From Candidatus Electronema halotolerans (GTDB taxonomy: Bacteria > Desulfobacterota > Desulfobulbia > Desulfobulbales > Desulfobulbaceae), in assembly GCA_942493095.1 (NCBI GenBank), contig OW818675.1:480001-512000 (forward strand): a stretch of DNA of 32,000 nucleotides, written 5' to 3'. Below, piece after piece: positions 15,755 through 24,066 of this stretch. The notes below the pieces were generated by a model that was given only the letters and a program-made list of their open reading frames with translations, was not told the origin of the DNA and made no database searches. Numbering within the stretch: the first letter of the stretch is position 1; every line of letters begins with the position of its first letter. The translations under genes were made by a program, and so were the position numbers.

Positions 15755-17461
15755 TTAGTTGGTGGATTGGGTTCTGGCCAAAATGAACGCTCTCAGGTCC
15801 TGAGGAACGCTGAAGCCAGCATGCAGAATCGCTGTATAAACTTGTTCCGCTTCTGTCCGGCGGCCCTGCTGATCAAGAATACGGGCACGGGCCACCATGG
15901 AATCCAAATTTTCTCCATACAGCTCGTTGTATTTGCTCAAAAGACGGAGCGCGGCCTCGTATTTCCCCAACCGCTCACTGAAGACCGCATAATTGAACAA
16001 GGCCTCCCGGCTTGGCTTGCCGATGCTGATGCTCTGATCAAAATACTGCTGGGCCTGACCATTCTCTTCCATATTGGCATAGCCGACAGCCGCATTTAAG
16101 GCAGCACTGCTGTTCTTCTTATCAGCAGCAAGAGCTTTTTTGGCAAAATAAACAGCCTTGGCATTTTGATGCAGTTCAGCTAAATAAATGGCGGCAACTT
16201 TGTTGGCCAGCTTGCTTTTTTCCTTCTTTTCCGGCCATTTTTCCAAAGCCTTGCCGTAGAGATGAACAGCAGTTTCCAGCTCACCGCTTTTTTCAGCTTT
16301 GATCGCCTGCGCCAAAAACTTTTTCGCTTCAATCACCTCTGCCGACTGCTGCGTCTGCCCCTCCCCGCTGATGACAATGACACCTTCTTTGTCCTTGTCC
16401 TTTTCAGGACTGACCTGATCAATAACCAGACTTGATTCATCAGCCCGCTTTGGCCAGACAAACTCTTTGTCTTTCGGATAAATGACAATGGTGTTATACT
16501 GCTGCTGCTTGGCCAAGTCTTTAAGATTAAGGATAATATCCAAGGCGAAATCCCAAGGGACATCACTCAGGGAGAGCGTCAGGGTGCCGGACACGCCCTC
16601 AGCCACGACGATGTTGTAGCCGCTGATCTCGCCCAGCATGCGAAAAACATTATGCAAATCAATCTTATAGAAATCAACGCTGATCAGTTTGCTGTCTCCG
16701 TCGGTTCCGAACGAATTCGGTGCCATATTATTTGAGGAGGCAGAGGTGCTCTTGTTGTTTTTTCTATCAGTTCGCAGCGGATCAATTTTTGGGATTTGAA
16801 CCATTGCCATATTGCTTGGCCCTGATCCTGCCGCCGCTTTGTCAGCCGCAGGAGCCGCTTCTTTCTCCGCGCCTGCTGAGGCATTTTTTTCTGCCGCAGA
16901 CGCATCATCATTCTTCTTGAAAAAGTTTTCAATGCGCAGAACGACAGCATTCCCCTCGACCTTGGTCGAATAGGAGTCAAAAGGTTCAGGCAGAGTGAAC
17001 GCAAAGCGTGTCCCTTGAAGCTGGGCATCACTGAGTGCTTTGATATTCAAATCAATATGAAATTTTTCAGGCAGCTTCAGATCATTCTGTTCCCGCGCTT
17101 CAGCATCGGCAATATCGACGAAGATGCCTTTTCTGCCGCTTCCAGGCTGCTCAAGAGATGTCTGCACTGGCACATTGCTGCAATGCAGGGTGATTTCCAA
17201 ACTTTTTTCAACCTGCTCCGCGCTGATTTTTTCTATGACGTTTTTCTGCTGACTTGCCTGATTTTCAGATGCCTCAGCACTTTCTTGCGCAACTTGCTCC
17301 TGCTTTTGCGCAGCAGATTCGGTCTGTTCCTGCGCCGCCGCCTGTAGCGGCATTCCAAACAGCAACGCACCGGCGGCAATCACAGCTGCCAGAGAAAGAC
17401 TATGGCAATGCTTATGCCGTATATTTCTATGTTTCTTTTCAACCACAACAGAATGCGGCAT
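15755..17461 (-). CDS. Secreted AMIN-like + PilQ-N0-like + TPR repeat protein (no secretin domain)
   Basis: 568 aa with a signal peptide ending LQAAA. A beta-rich AMIN-like block spans aa 75-180. The PilQ N0 signature spans aa 258-330 (ISVDFYKIDLHNVFRMLGEISGYNIVVAEGVSGTLTLSLSDVPWDFALDIILNLKDL). TPR-like repeats span aa 375-550. Confidence 0.8.
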   Translation of the reverse strand: MPHSVVVEKKHRNIRHKHCHSLSLAAVIAAGALLFGMPLQAAAQEQTESAAQKQEQVAQESAEASENQASQQKNVIEKISAEQVEKSLEITLHCSNVPVQTSLEQPGSGRKGIFVDIADAEAREQNDLKLPEKFHIDLNIKALSDAQLQGTRFAFTLPEPFDSYSTKVEGNAVVLRIENFFKKNDDASAAEKNASAGAEKEAAPAADKAAAGSGPSNMAMVQIPKIDPLRTDRKNNKSTSASSNNMAPNSFGTDGDSKLISVDFYKIDLHNVFRMLGEISGYNIVVAEGVSGTLTLSLSDVPWDFALDIILNLKDLAKQQQYNTIVIYPKDKEFVWPKRADESSLVIDQVSPEKDKDKEGVIVISGEGQTQQSAEVIEAKKFLAQAIKAEKSGELETAVHLYGKALEKWPEKKEKSKLANKVAAIYLAELHQNAKAVYFAKKALAADKKNSSAALNAAVGYANMEENGQAQQYFDQSISIGKPSREALFNYAVFSERLGKYEAALRLLSKYNELYGENLDSMVARARILDQQGRRTEAEQVYTAILHAGFSVPQDLRAFILARTQSTN

Positions 17462-17462
17462 C

Positions 17463-17900
17463 TTATTTGCCTCCGTCTTGCTGCAGGCGCAGTGCTATCT
17501 TTTTAACAACAGTCCCACGCTGGTTTGTGTATGTTTCCTCAAGCAGCACCTGCCCTGCTTCAATCCTTGCAACTGTGGCGTAACTGCCGACTGGCGTGCC
17601 CTCCTGGAGAACATATCCTTTGCCTGTTACATCTTCAGCCATTGCTTTCCAGCCATCTTGAGCACGAATTATTGCCGCAAGTTTAAGCTGGCCCGGTTCA
17701 AGCGGCACTCCGCCACGGTCCTGCTGCGGTATTGCTGCCAAAGGCTCAATGTTGCCTTTCGGCTGAATAAATGGAAAAAAAGGATCAGAACGTTCATCTG
17801 CCGGATAGGCATATTTTTTATTCAGCTCAACAGCACCGAATGAGACTGCGCTGAAACATGGCAAAAGTATTGTCAAGACAACAAAATATTTTTTCCACAT
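17463..17900 (-). CDS. pilP: Type IV pilus assembly protein PilP, paralogue 2
   Basis: 145 aa with a signal peptide, a DPFFPF motif, and the sequence PGQLKLAAIIRAQDGWKAMAEDVTGKGYVLQEGTPVG...IEAGQVLLEE. Confidence 0.8.
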   Translation of the reverse strand: MWKKYFVVLTILLPCFSAVSFGAVELNKKYAYPADERSDPFFPFIQPKGNIEPLAAIPQQDRGGVPLEPGQLKLAAIIRAQDGWKAMAEDVTGKGYVLQEGTPVGSYATVARIEAGQVLLEETYTNQRGTVVKKIALRLQQDGGK

Positions 17901-17938
17901 GACTCGTGTTTCCTTTTAATCTCCGCCTTTAGAAATAA

Positions 17939-18481
17939 TCATCTCTTCTTATCTTCGTCTCTATTCAAACGCATGATTATTTTATTCTGAATAATTCTGC
18001 CGGATTGGGTTTTGCGTGTTTCATCAATGACAACCTGGCCGCTTTCTATATCAATAATCTGCCCGTATGCGCCAATTGGCATATCTTTTTGCAGCATATA
18101 TCCTTTTCCGGTGACATCTTCAGCCATAGCTATTTTTCCATCAGGCGTGTCCATAACTGCAACAAGTTTTAGCTGGCCAGGTTCAAATAGCTGCATGCCA
18201 GTCAGTATCCTTCCTTTTTCTTCAACAATTTTATCTCCTTTATTTTTCTGCGCCAGCTCTTTGGAGAGAAATGGATAGAACGGATCAGGACGGGCATCTA
18301 ATTTATATTCAAATTTTCTGTTTTCCCATGCTGCCTGCTCTTGGTCATCTCCTTGAGATTGAGTTGCGGCATCATTCTGCGCCATTACAGGAGGCGGCAA
18401 TATGCCGCATGTCCAAACGACAGCACACAACAGCAGTGCTGCAAGAATAGCTTTTTGTGCTGACAACAACTTGCGCATCAT
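17939..18481 (-). CDS. pilP: Type IV pilus assembly protein PilP, paralogue 1
   Basis: 180 aa with a signal peptide, a DPFYPF motif, and the sequence PGQLKLVAVMDTPDGKIAMAEDVTGKGYMLQKDMPIG...IESGQVVIDE. Its start overlaps the pilO stop (ATGA). Confidence 0.8.
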   Translation of the reverse strand: MMRKLLSAQKAILAALLLCAVVWTCGILPPPVMAQNDAATQSQGDDQEQAAWENRKFEYKLDARPDPFYPFLSKELAQKNKGDKIVEEKGRILTGMQLFEPGQLKLVAVMDTPDGKIAMAEDVTGKGYMLQKDMPIGAYGQIIDIESGQVVIDETRKTQSGRIIQNKIIMRLNRDEDKKR

Positions 18482-19149
18482 TTTTTCTTCTTTTTCTTGT
18501 CGTCCGGCTTTGCTTCGGAAGGCTCCTGCTGACGATAGGTCAGCAAATTGCAGGAGGATTTAAGCAGAATTTCTCCTTCTGTTTCTTTAGGATTGCCCAT
18601 TTTTATATTGTCAACAGTGACCAACCGTTCCAGTCCGCTGACTTCACCAAGAAAATACCCTATGTTATGATAAGGCCCAAGCAGTTCAATGCTGATGGGT
18701 ATTTCGGCATAAAAATCTTTAGGCACGTCATTGCCAGGTTTGAAGGAGACGAAATCCAAACCAGCCCTTTTGCCAAGATCAGATATATTGGTCAACAAGT
18801 CGGGGATTTCTTTCCCTTTTGGCAGCAGCTTGGAAATTTCCTCAAATTTCTTTTTCGTTTCAGCAAGTTCCTGTTCATGCTGATTCTTCTTGCTTGAGGC
18901 CTCTTCAGCTTTACCAACTTCCTCTTGCAGTTTTTTCTGTGTGGCGGTCAGCTTGTCAATCTCCTCAGTTTTCGGAGTGTAAACAAGAAAATAAAAAGCA
19001 GCAAGCATTGCTATGACAATTCCAGCCGCAACAGCAATCTTGACATTTTTCTTCTGGGGGATATATTTTTTCTCAACAAACTCATCATACTGCGCGGCAA
19101 AACTTTTTTTTTCGGCAGAGGAGGAGTTTTTAGAACTCTTAGGTGCCAT
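18478..19149 (-). CDS. pilO: Type IV pilus assembly protein PilO
   Basis: 223 aa. It has one TM helix, a coiled coil, then the PilO core: IPDLLTNISDLGKRAGLDFVSFKPG...FYAEIPISIELLGPYHNIGYFLGEVSGLERLVTV. Confidence 0.85.
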   Translation of the reverse strand: MAPKSSKNSSSAEKKSFAAQYDEFVEKKYIPQKKNVKIAVAAGIVIAMLAAFYFLVYTPKTEEIDKLTATQKKLQEEVGKAEEASSKKNQHEQELAETKKKFEEISKLLPKGKEIPDLLTNISDLGKRAGLDFVSFKPGNDVPKDFYAEIPISIELLGPYHNIGYFLGEVSGLERLVTVDNIKMGNPKETEGEILLKSSCNLLTYRQQEPSEAKPDDKKKKKK

Positions 19150-19166
19150 AATTTCTTATGCTGTTA

Positions 19167-19757
19167 TTATTTTTTACCCTTTCCCGACTCATCATCTGCC
19201 TTTTCCTCCTTATCCTCCATACTGACAGTGCATGAAAGAGAAAATGATTTAAGATTTCTGCCGGAATAACTTCTCAAACTGGAATTGGTCAGGGTCACAT
19301 CAGAAATATAAGGCGACTCCTCTAACTTATTCATATATTCTGCAACAGTCTGATTATCCAAGGCCATGCCGTTTATCTTCATCGTATTGCCGCTTTGATC
19401 AAGAGTGGTCAGCCACATCCGATCATTAGGCGTGAGCTTGGCCACTGCGTCAAGAAGGTGCGCTGTCAATGCAGAAGTCTTTGCCAATTTTTTGATAGTT
19501 TCAGTCTGATTTTTTATCTGTTCTTTGCTTTTTTCCAGCTCCTCAATTTCTTTTATTATCTTGGCAAGTTCCTTTTTTCTTGCCTCCAATCTTGCATTTT
19601 CAGCTGTCAAGCTGCTGACCGTGCTGACCAATATCCAGCCATAGAGCGCTAAGACAGTCAACAAGGCAAGAACAGCAATGCCAAAAAATTTGAGCTGCCG
19701 TTTGGCGAGAAACTGCTGTTTGATTTTCCTGACTGGCAGGAGATTGATCCGCAGCAT
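19167..19757 (-). CDS. pilN: Type IV pilus assembly protein PilN
   Basis: 196 aa. It has the canonical N-terminus MLRINLLPVRK, followed by a TM helix and a coiled coil. Confidence 0.9.
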   Translation of the reverse strand: MLRINLLPVRKIKQQFLAKRQLKFFGIAVLALLTVLALYGWILVSTVSSLTAENARLEARKKELAKIIKEIEELEKSKEQIKNQTETIKKLAKTSALTAHLLDAVAKLTPNDRMWLTTLDQSGNTMKINGMALDNQTVAEYMNKLEESPYISDVTLTNSSLRSYSGRNLKSFSLSCTVSMEDKEEKADDESGKGKK

Positions 19758-19760
19758 GAC

Positions 19761-20807
19761 TCAGAACTCTGCCGGACGGATGGCCAGCCCGGTGGCAATG
19801 GACATTTCAGGTGCAGCCACCTTGAGATATTCCATATCAATTTTTTTATTGATTTTCATGCCATCAAATGGATTGAAATGAATCACCTCCAAACCGGTCT
19901 CTTTGGCAAGATAATCCTTCAAGCCCCGCACTTTGGAACCGCCGCCACTGAGCACCAAGGAACTCAGGGGATTGTCTGGATTGTTGTTTCGGTACAGATC
20001 AATGGCTTTTTTAATTTCCAAAACCCAGCGGGTGCAGATGCTGTTGAAAATATCATGCACCTCCTCCAGATGATCCTCCTCAGCAGGCTGGCGGCCAAGT
20101 TTGATCTTCTCAGCGTCATCATAATCTATCTCCAGCCTGTTGGCAATTTCCAGACTGATGTTGTCGCTGCCAGTCACAATATCACGGGCCAGCACAGAAG
20201 CACCGCCGGAGATGATGTTGATGTTCATTTTTGACGCGCCAATATCTACCAGACAGACATTTTTCTCGCTGCCGGAAATGGTGTTCCAGATATTCTCCAG
20301 CGCAAATCCATCCACATCCACCAGCACAGGAACCAGCTTCAGTCCCTTGACCATTTCCAGATAGGCATCAACAACCTCTTTTTTGGCAGCCACCAGCATG
20401 ACCTCGCTGCGCTCATATTCGCCTTTGGCAGCTTTGATCACCTGAAAATCCAAATACACTTCATTGATGTCAAAGGGGATGTACTGCTCGGCCTCCTCCT
20501 GAAGACGTTCAGCCAGCACCTCCTCGCTTTCCATCTCAATATTGATCTTTTTCACAATCACCGAGTAGCCGGAGATGGAGAGGCCCACGCGCTTGTTTTT
20601 AATTTTTAAATTGCTGATCAGCTCGGAAATGGCCGCGCTGACATCCTCGGCATCTTGGAGCGCGCCGTCATCTACAGCTCCGGGGGAAAGGGCTGCTGTG
20701 CCAAGCGTGAGCAGCTCATAGCTTTTGCCTGCCCGCCGCACCTCGCAGATTTTCACCGCATGAGAGCCTATATCTATGCCGACAATAGGTATTTCTTTTT
20801 TCGCCAT
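19761..20807 (-). CDS. pilM: Type IV pilus assembly ATPase-fold protein PilM
   Basis: 348 aa with an actin-like fold. It contains IVGIDIGSHAVKICEV, VDIGASKMNINI and LVLSGGGSKVRGL. Confidence 0.92.
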   Translation of the reverse strand: MAKKEIPIVGIDIGSHAVKICEVRRAGKSYELLTLGTAALSPGAVDDGALQDAEDVSAAISELISNLKIKNKRVGLSISGYSVIVKKINIEMESEEVLAERLQEEAEQYIPFDINEVYLDFQVIKAAKGEYERSEVMLVAAKKEVVDAYLEMVKGLKLVPVLVDVDGFALENIWNTISGSEKNVCLVDIGASKMNINIISGGASVLARDIVTGSDNISLEIANRLEIDYDDAEKIKLGRQPAEEDHLEEVHDIFNSICTRWVLEIKKAIDLYRNNNPDNPLSSLVLSGGGSKVRGLKDYLAKETGLEVIHFNPFDGMKINKKIDMEYLKVAAPEMSIATGLAIRPAEF

Positions 20808-20882
20808 TTTTGCCTGTCTGTCAGCTCAATTTGCCCGCCGCCGGCGCTGAAGCCATTTCTGCACCGCAAAATACATATAAAC

Positions 20883-20912
20883 TATATAGCGCATCTGATG
20901 GAAAAAAAGCAA
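20883..20912 (-). promoter_or_regulatory. Candidate sigma70 promoter for the pilM operon
   Basis: On the minus strand: TTGCTT (20907-20912), an 18-nt spacer, then TATATA (20883-20888). It lies about 75 nt upstream of the pilM ATG. Motif match only. Confidence 0.3.
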
Positions 20913-20935
20913 GAGGGGGTTGCATGTTTTTTCAT

Positions 20936-21664
20936 TCAGTTGATTGTGACCAGCTGCCGGACGCGGATGCTTGTTTTGAGCGGCATGCGGGAATAATCGG
21001 AATAACGCCCCTCTTCCTGAGCACTCTGATAATTCTGATACTGGCGCATGACTTTGCCCACATAAGAGATTGTTTCTGGAATGCGCGGCACAGCACCCAG
21101 CCGTCTCACTCTGGTCGGCCCGGCATTGTAGGCCGCCAGACTGAGGCGCAGATCACCGTTGAAATTGTCTAAAAGCTTTCGCAAGTAGCGGGTGCCGCCA
21201 TAGATGTTCTGCCACGGGTCAAAGGGGTCTCTGACATGCAGATATTTGGCGGTTGAAGGCATGAGCTGCATCAGTCCCTGCGCCCCTTTGGAAGAAACGG
21301 CGTAGCGGTCAAAATTTGATTCTGTTTTAATCACCGCCTTGACCAGCATGGGATCAATCTGGTTGATGCGGGCCGCATGTTCAATATGATGATCAAACTT
21401 GCTGCGATACAGACGGCTGCTGCCAAAACGGAGCTGGCGGCGGTCAATGCTGCGCACGCCGGGAAGAGAACGGATGGTCAGCTTGGGCTTGCTGCCCGAA
21501 GAAAAGCCGTAATCCACCTGCTTGTAGCGTTTGTCCGCCGGAACATTCGTATAATGGACGACTCCGCGCTCGTCGGTGTACTTGTACATTTCCCCTTGGG
21601 CCTGCCCGGCGCAGGCAACCAGGCCGGATAAAACAAGAATACAGCACAACGCGCTGTTCCGCAT
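20936..21664 (-). CDS. Lytic transglycosylase (SLT domain) with an N-terminal DUF4124-like domain
   Basis: I place the start at Met25 of the track ORF (ATG at 21664, RBS AGGAGG). This avoids overlap with the transaldolase gene. The protein has a signal peptide, then MYKYTDERGVVHYTNVP (DUF4124 pattern), then AVIKTESNFDRYAVSSKGAQGLMQLMPSTA (SLT catalytic Glu-Ser motif) and AAYNAGP. Confidence 0.85.
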   Translation of the reverse strand: MRNSALCCILVLSGLVACAGQAQGEMYKYTDERGVVHYTNVPADKRYKQVDYGFSSGSKPKLTIRSLPGVRSIDRRQLRFGSSRLYRSKFDHHIEHAARINQIDPMLVKAVIKTESNFDRYAVSSKGAQGLMQLMPSTAKYLHVRDPFDPWQNIYGGTRYLRKLLDNFNGDLRLSLAAYNAGPTRVRRLGAVPRIPETISYVGKVMRQYQNYQSAQEEGRYSDYSRMPLKTSIRVRQLVTIN

Positions 21665-21689
21665 CACAGAATCCTCCTTTTTTTGCGGG

Positions 21690-22334
21690 TTATTGCTGCC
21701 GTTTCTCCCAGTCCGCCAGAAACTGCTCAATGCCACGGTCTGTCAGCGGATGTTTGGTCATCTGCATGATCACCTTGTACGGGATGGTGGCAATTTCTGC
21801 GCCAAGCAGGGCGGACTGCATCACGTGCATGGGACTGCGCACCGAGGCGACAATGACCTCGGTCTTGAGACCGTAATTGCGGTAAATTGTCATGATTTCG
21901 TTGACCAGCGTCATGCCTTCCTGGGCAATGTCATCCAGTCGGCCAACAAAAGGACTGACATAAGCTGCTCCGGCCTTGGCGGCGAGCAGGGCTTGGGCAG
22001 GCGAGAAAATCAGGGTGACATTGCTTCTGATGCCTGCTGCGGCAAGCTGTCTGACCGCCTTGAGTCCTTCGGCAGTCATCGGCACTTTGATGACAATATT
22101 TTTATGGAGCCGCGCCAGCTCACGGGCCTCACTGACCATGCCCTCCGCCTCCAGACTCACCACTTCAGCACTGACTGGCCCGTCAACCAAGGCGCAGATA
22201 TCGACAAGAATGTCCCGGAAAGGCCGCTGTTCCTTGGCAACTAACGAAGGATTGGTGGTCACGCCGTCAACCATGCCCAGTTCCAAGCCTTTCTTAATTT
22301 CCTCGATATTGGCGGTGTCAATGAAAAATTTCAT
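21690..22334 (-). CDS. tal: Transaldolase / fructose-6-phosphate aldolase (short, subfamily 3B)
   Basis: 214 aa. The sequence [31 protein letters not shown] ... IVIKVPMT ... SPFVGRLDD is the classic short transaldolase signature. Confidence 0.92.
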   Translation of the reverse strand: MKFFIDTANIEEIKKGLELGMVDGVTTNPSLVAKEQRPFRDILVDICALVDGPVSAEVVSLEAEGMVSEARELARLHKNIVIKVPMTAEGLKAVRQLAAAGIRSNVTLIFSPAQALLAAKAGAAYVSPFVGRLDDIAQEGMTLVNEIMTIYRNYGLKTEVIVASVRSPMHVMQSALLGAEIATIPYKVIMQMTKHPLTDRGIEQFLADWEKRQQ

Positions 22335-22618
22335 TCAGCACGTCCTTCCTGTTGAGATATGAACATGTCGCAGCAGGTTTCGCTGCAAAAATAGTAGGTT
22401 TTGCCATCATGCCGCAGGCGGACAGCCTGATGCCGGGGAATCAGGGTCCGGCAGACCGGATCTTCCTCCAGCACATCCTCGACCTCTGTCTCTTTTTTTC
22501 GGCTGTCCTGCCTCTGCCGCCGCAGTTCGTTGGTGATTTTTTCCCGAATCAGGCTGCGCAGCAATCTCCACGCGATCCAGCATAGCACAGCAAGAAGCAG
22601 CAGCCGCTGCGGCCCCAT
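22331..22618 (-). CDS. Membrane-anchored YHS-domain protein
   Basis: 95 aa with an N-terminal TM helix. The C-terminus [34 protein letters not shown] fits the YHS/TRASH metal-binding pattern. Its stop overlaps the transaldolase ATG (ATGA). Confidence 0.75.
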   Translation of the reverse strand: MGPQRLLLLAVLCWIAWRLLRSLIREKITNELRRQRQDSRKKETEVEDVLEEDPVCRTLIPRHQAVRLRHDGKTYYFCSETCCDMFISQQEGRAE

Positions 22619-22812
22619 TTTTTTTCTCCAAAAAAATGAAAATTTTCATTACTATTATAGGCCAAAAAATTGAAAAGTCGAACCAATTTTTTGACCCGCC
22701 TGAACGGCTTGCGGCTATACATCTGTAATAACTAACTTTTTTATAAGCAGGCCGCTCGACTGTCCGCATCAGGCAGGCGGTCAGGGCGGCGGCGGAAAGC
22801 CGCAAAAAAGAT

Positions 22813-22841
22813 TTGACATAATCTGGCAATTTTTGTAGTAA
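22813..22841 (+). promoter_or_regulatory. Candidate sigma70 promoter for the atp operon
   Basis: A perfect TTGACA (22813-22818), a 17-nt spacer, then a weak -10 TAGTAA (22836-22841). It lies about 78 nt upstream of the first atp ATG. Motif match only. Confidence 0.35.
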
Positions 22842-22918
22842 AGGTCATCAACTTGGCCCGCGCTACAGTCCACCCCGCAAGGGAAAATCTTTTTTTTACA
22901 GGAATCAGGAGCTGTTAT

Positions 22919-23350
22919 ATGATTTCAATCGACATCACCCTCTTTATTCATATCATCAACATGATCGTGCTGATGATCTTCCTCAACCGGATGCTCTATA
23001 AACCGGTGCTGGAAATTTTGAACAAACGCCAGGAAGAAAAGGACAAGCTGGAGGGCACTGTGGAGGAGTTTGAACGCCGCAGCAAAACCCGCCAGATGGA
23101 AGTGGACAGAAAAATGCAGACGGCCAGCGCAAAAGCAAAGAAGGCCTTGGATGAGGCCAGAAGCAAGGCCTTGGCGGAAGGTGCGGACACAATCGCTGCC
23201 ATCCGCAAGGAAGCTGATCAGGAAAAAGAGCGGCAGCTTGCTGAAATCAAGTCCAGTTTTGACACGGCCCGGCAGGAGCTGCTTGCCGACGTGGAAGCTG
23301 TTGCTCAGGAAATGGCGGCCAAGATACTGGGAAGGAGCCTGAAAGCATGA
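22919..23350 (+). CDS. atpF2: F0F1 ATP synthase subunit b-prime
   Basis: I place the start at the internal ATG at 22919 (RBS AGGAG). The protein has a single N-terminal TM helix (MISIDITLFIHIINMIVLMIFLNRMLYKPVLEILNKRQEE) followed by a long charged helix. It is the first of two b-type genes. Confidence 0.85.
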   Translation: MISIDITLFIHIINMIVLMIFLNRMLYKPVLEILNKRQEEKDKLEGTVEEFERRSKTRQMEVDRKMQTASAKAKKALDEARSKALAEGADTIAAIRKEADQEKERQLAEIKSSFDTARQELLADVEAVAQEMAAKILGRSLKA

Positions 23351-24066
23351 AAACGCACAAGATGAGGAAAATTCTGCCGCTGCTGCTGGCCGCCTTGCTC
23401 TATGCAGGCCCAATGGGCGCGGCAATTGCTGCTGAACATGGCGAGACAGATCATGCTGTTCAGCAGGTAGCTGACCATTGGCCTGCGGCAACAGAGCATG
23501 ACAGCGGCTCACCTGCGGCGGAAGAGCACGGCCCTGCGGCTCATGGCGAAACAGGGCATCATGCCGGACCAATGATCACAGGAGAAAAACTGAAGGACCT
23601 GCTCTGGCGGGTCATGAACTTTGCCGCCTTGGTCTTCCTTTTGGTGAAGTTTGGCGGCAGACCGGCTGCCAGATATTTTGACGACCGCCGCCGGGGCATT
23701 GCCGATGAGCTGAAGAATATGGAAGCCCGCCGCGACGAGGCGGAGCGGGCCTGCAAAGAGTTTGAGGCCCGGCTGGCTGGCATGGAGGACGAGATTGCCC
23801 TGACTGTGGAGCGGGCTGTTGCTGCCGCAGGCAAGGAAAAAGATCGCATCCTCGCGGAAGCGGAACAGGCGGCTCAAGAAATCAGGCGGCAGGCTGAGGC
23901 GGCGGTGCAGGCTGCCATGGCAGCGGCCCAGCGCGGTCTGCAGGAGGAAGTGGCCGAACAGGCGGCGGCAATGGCGGAGCAGCTCATTGCCAGCAACCTG
24001 ACTCCGGCGGATCATGTCGCAATCATTGAACAGTATCTTGACAAAACAGGCAGGGCGACGCAATGA
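23347..24066 (+). CDS. atpF: F0F1 ATP synthase subunit b with a signal-like, His-rich N-terminal extension
   Basis: An ATGA overlap with the previous gene and the RBS GGAAGGAG support the long form (239 aa). The canonical b core starts around aa 76 (MITGEKLKDLLWRVMNFAALVFLLVKF...), followed by a coiled coil. An alternative start at 23572 cannot be excluded. Confidence 0.85.
   Translation: MKTHKMRKILPLLLAALLYAGPMGAAIAAEHGETDHAVQQVADHWPAATEHDSGSPAAEEHGPAAHGETGHHAGPMITGEKLKDLLWRVMNFAALVFLLVKFGGRPAARYFDDRRRGIADELKNMEARRDEAERACKEFEARLAGMEDEIALTVERAVAAAGKEKDRILAEAEQAAQEIRRQAEAAVQAAMAAAQRGLQEEVAEQAAAMAEQLIASNLTPADHVAIIEQYLDKTGRATQ

Noticed and set aside
21665-21736. The long form of the lytic transglycosylase ORF, starting at 21736.
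   Set aside because: It would overlap the transaldolase 3' end by 47 nt. The internal Met at 21664 has an AGGAGG RBS and begins a proper signal peptide.
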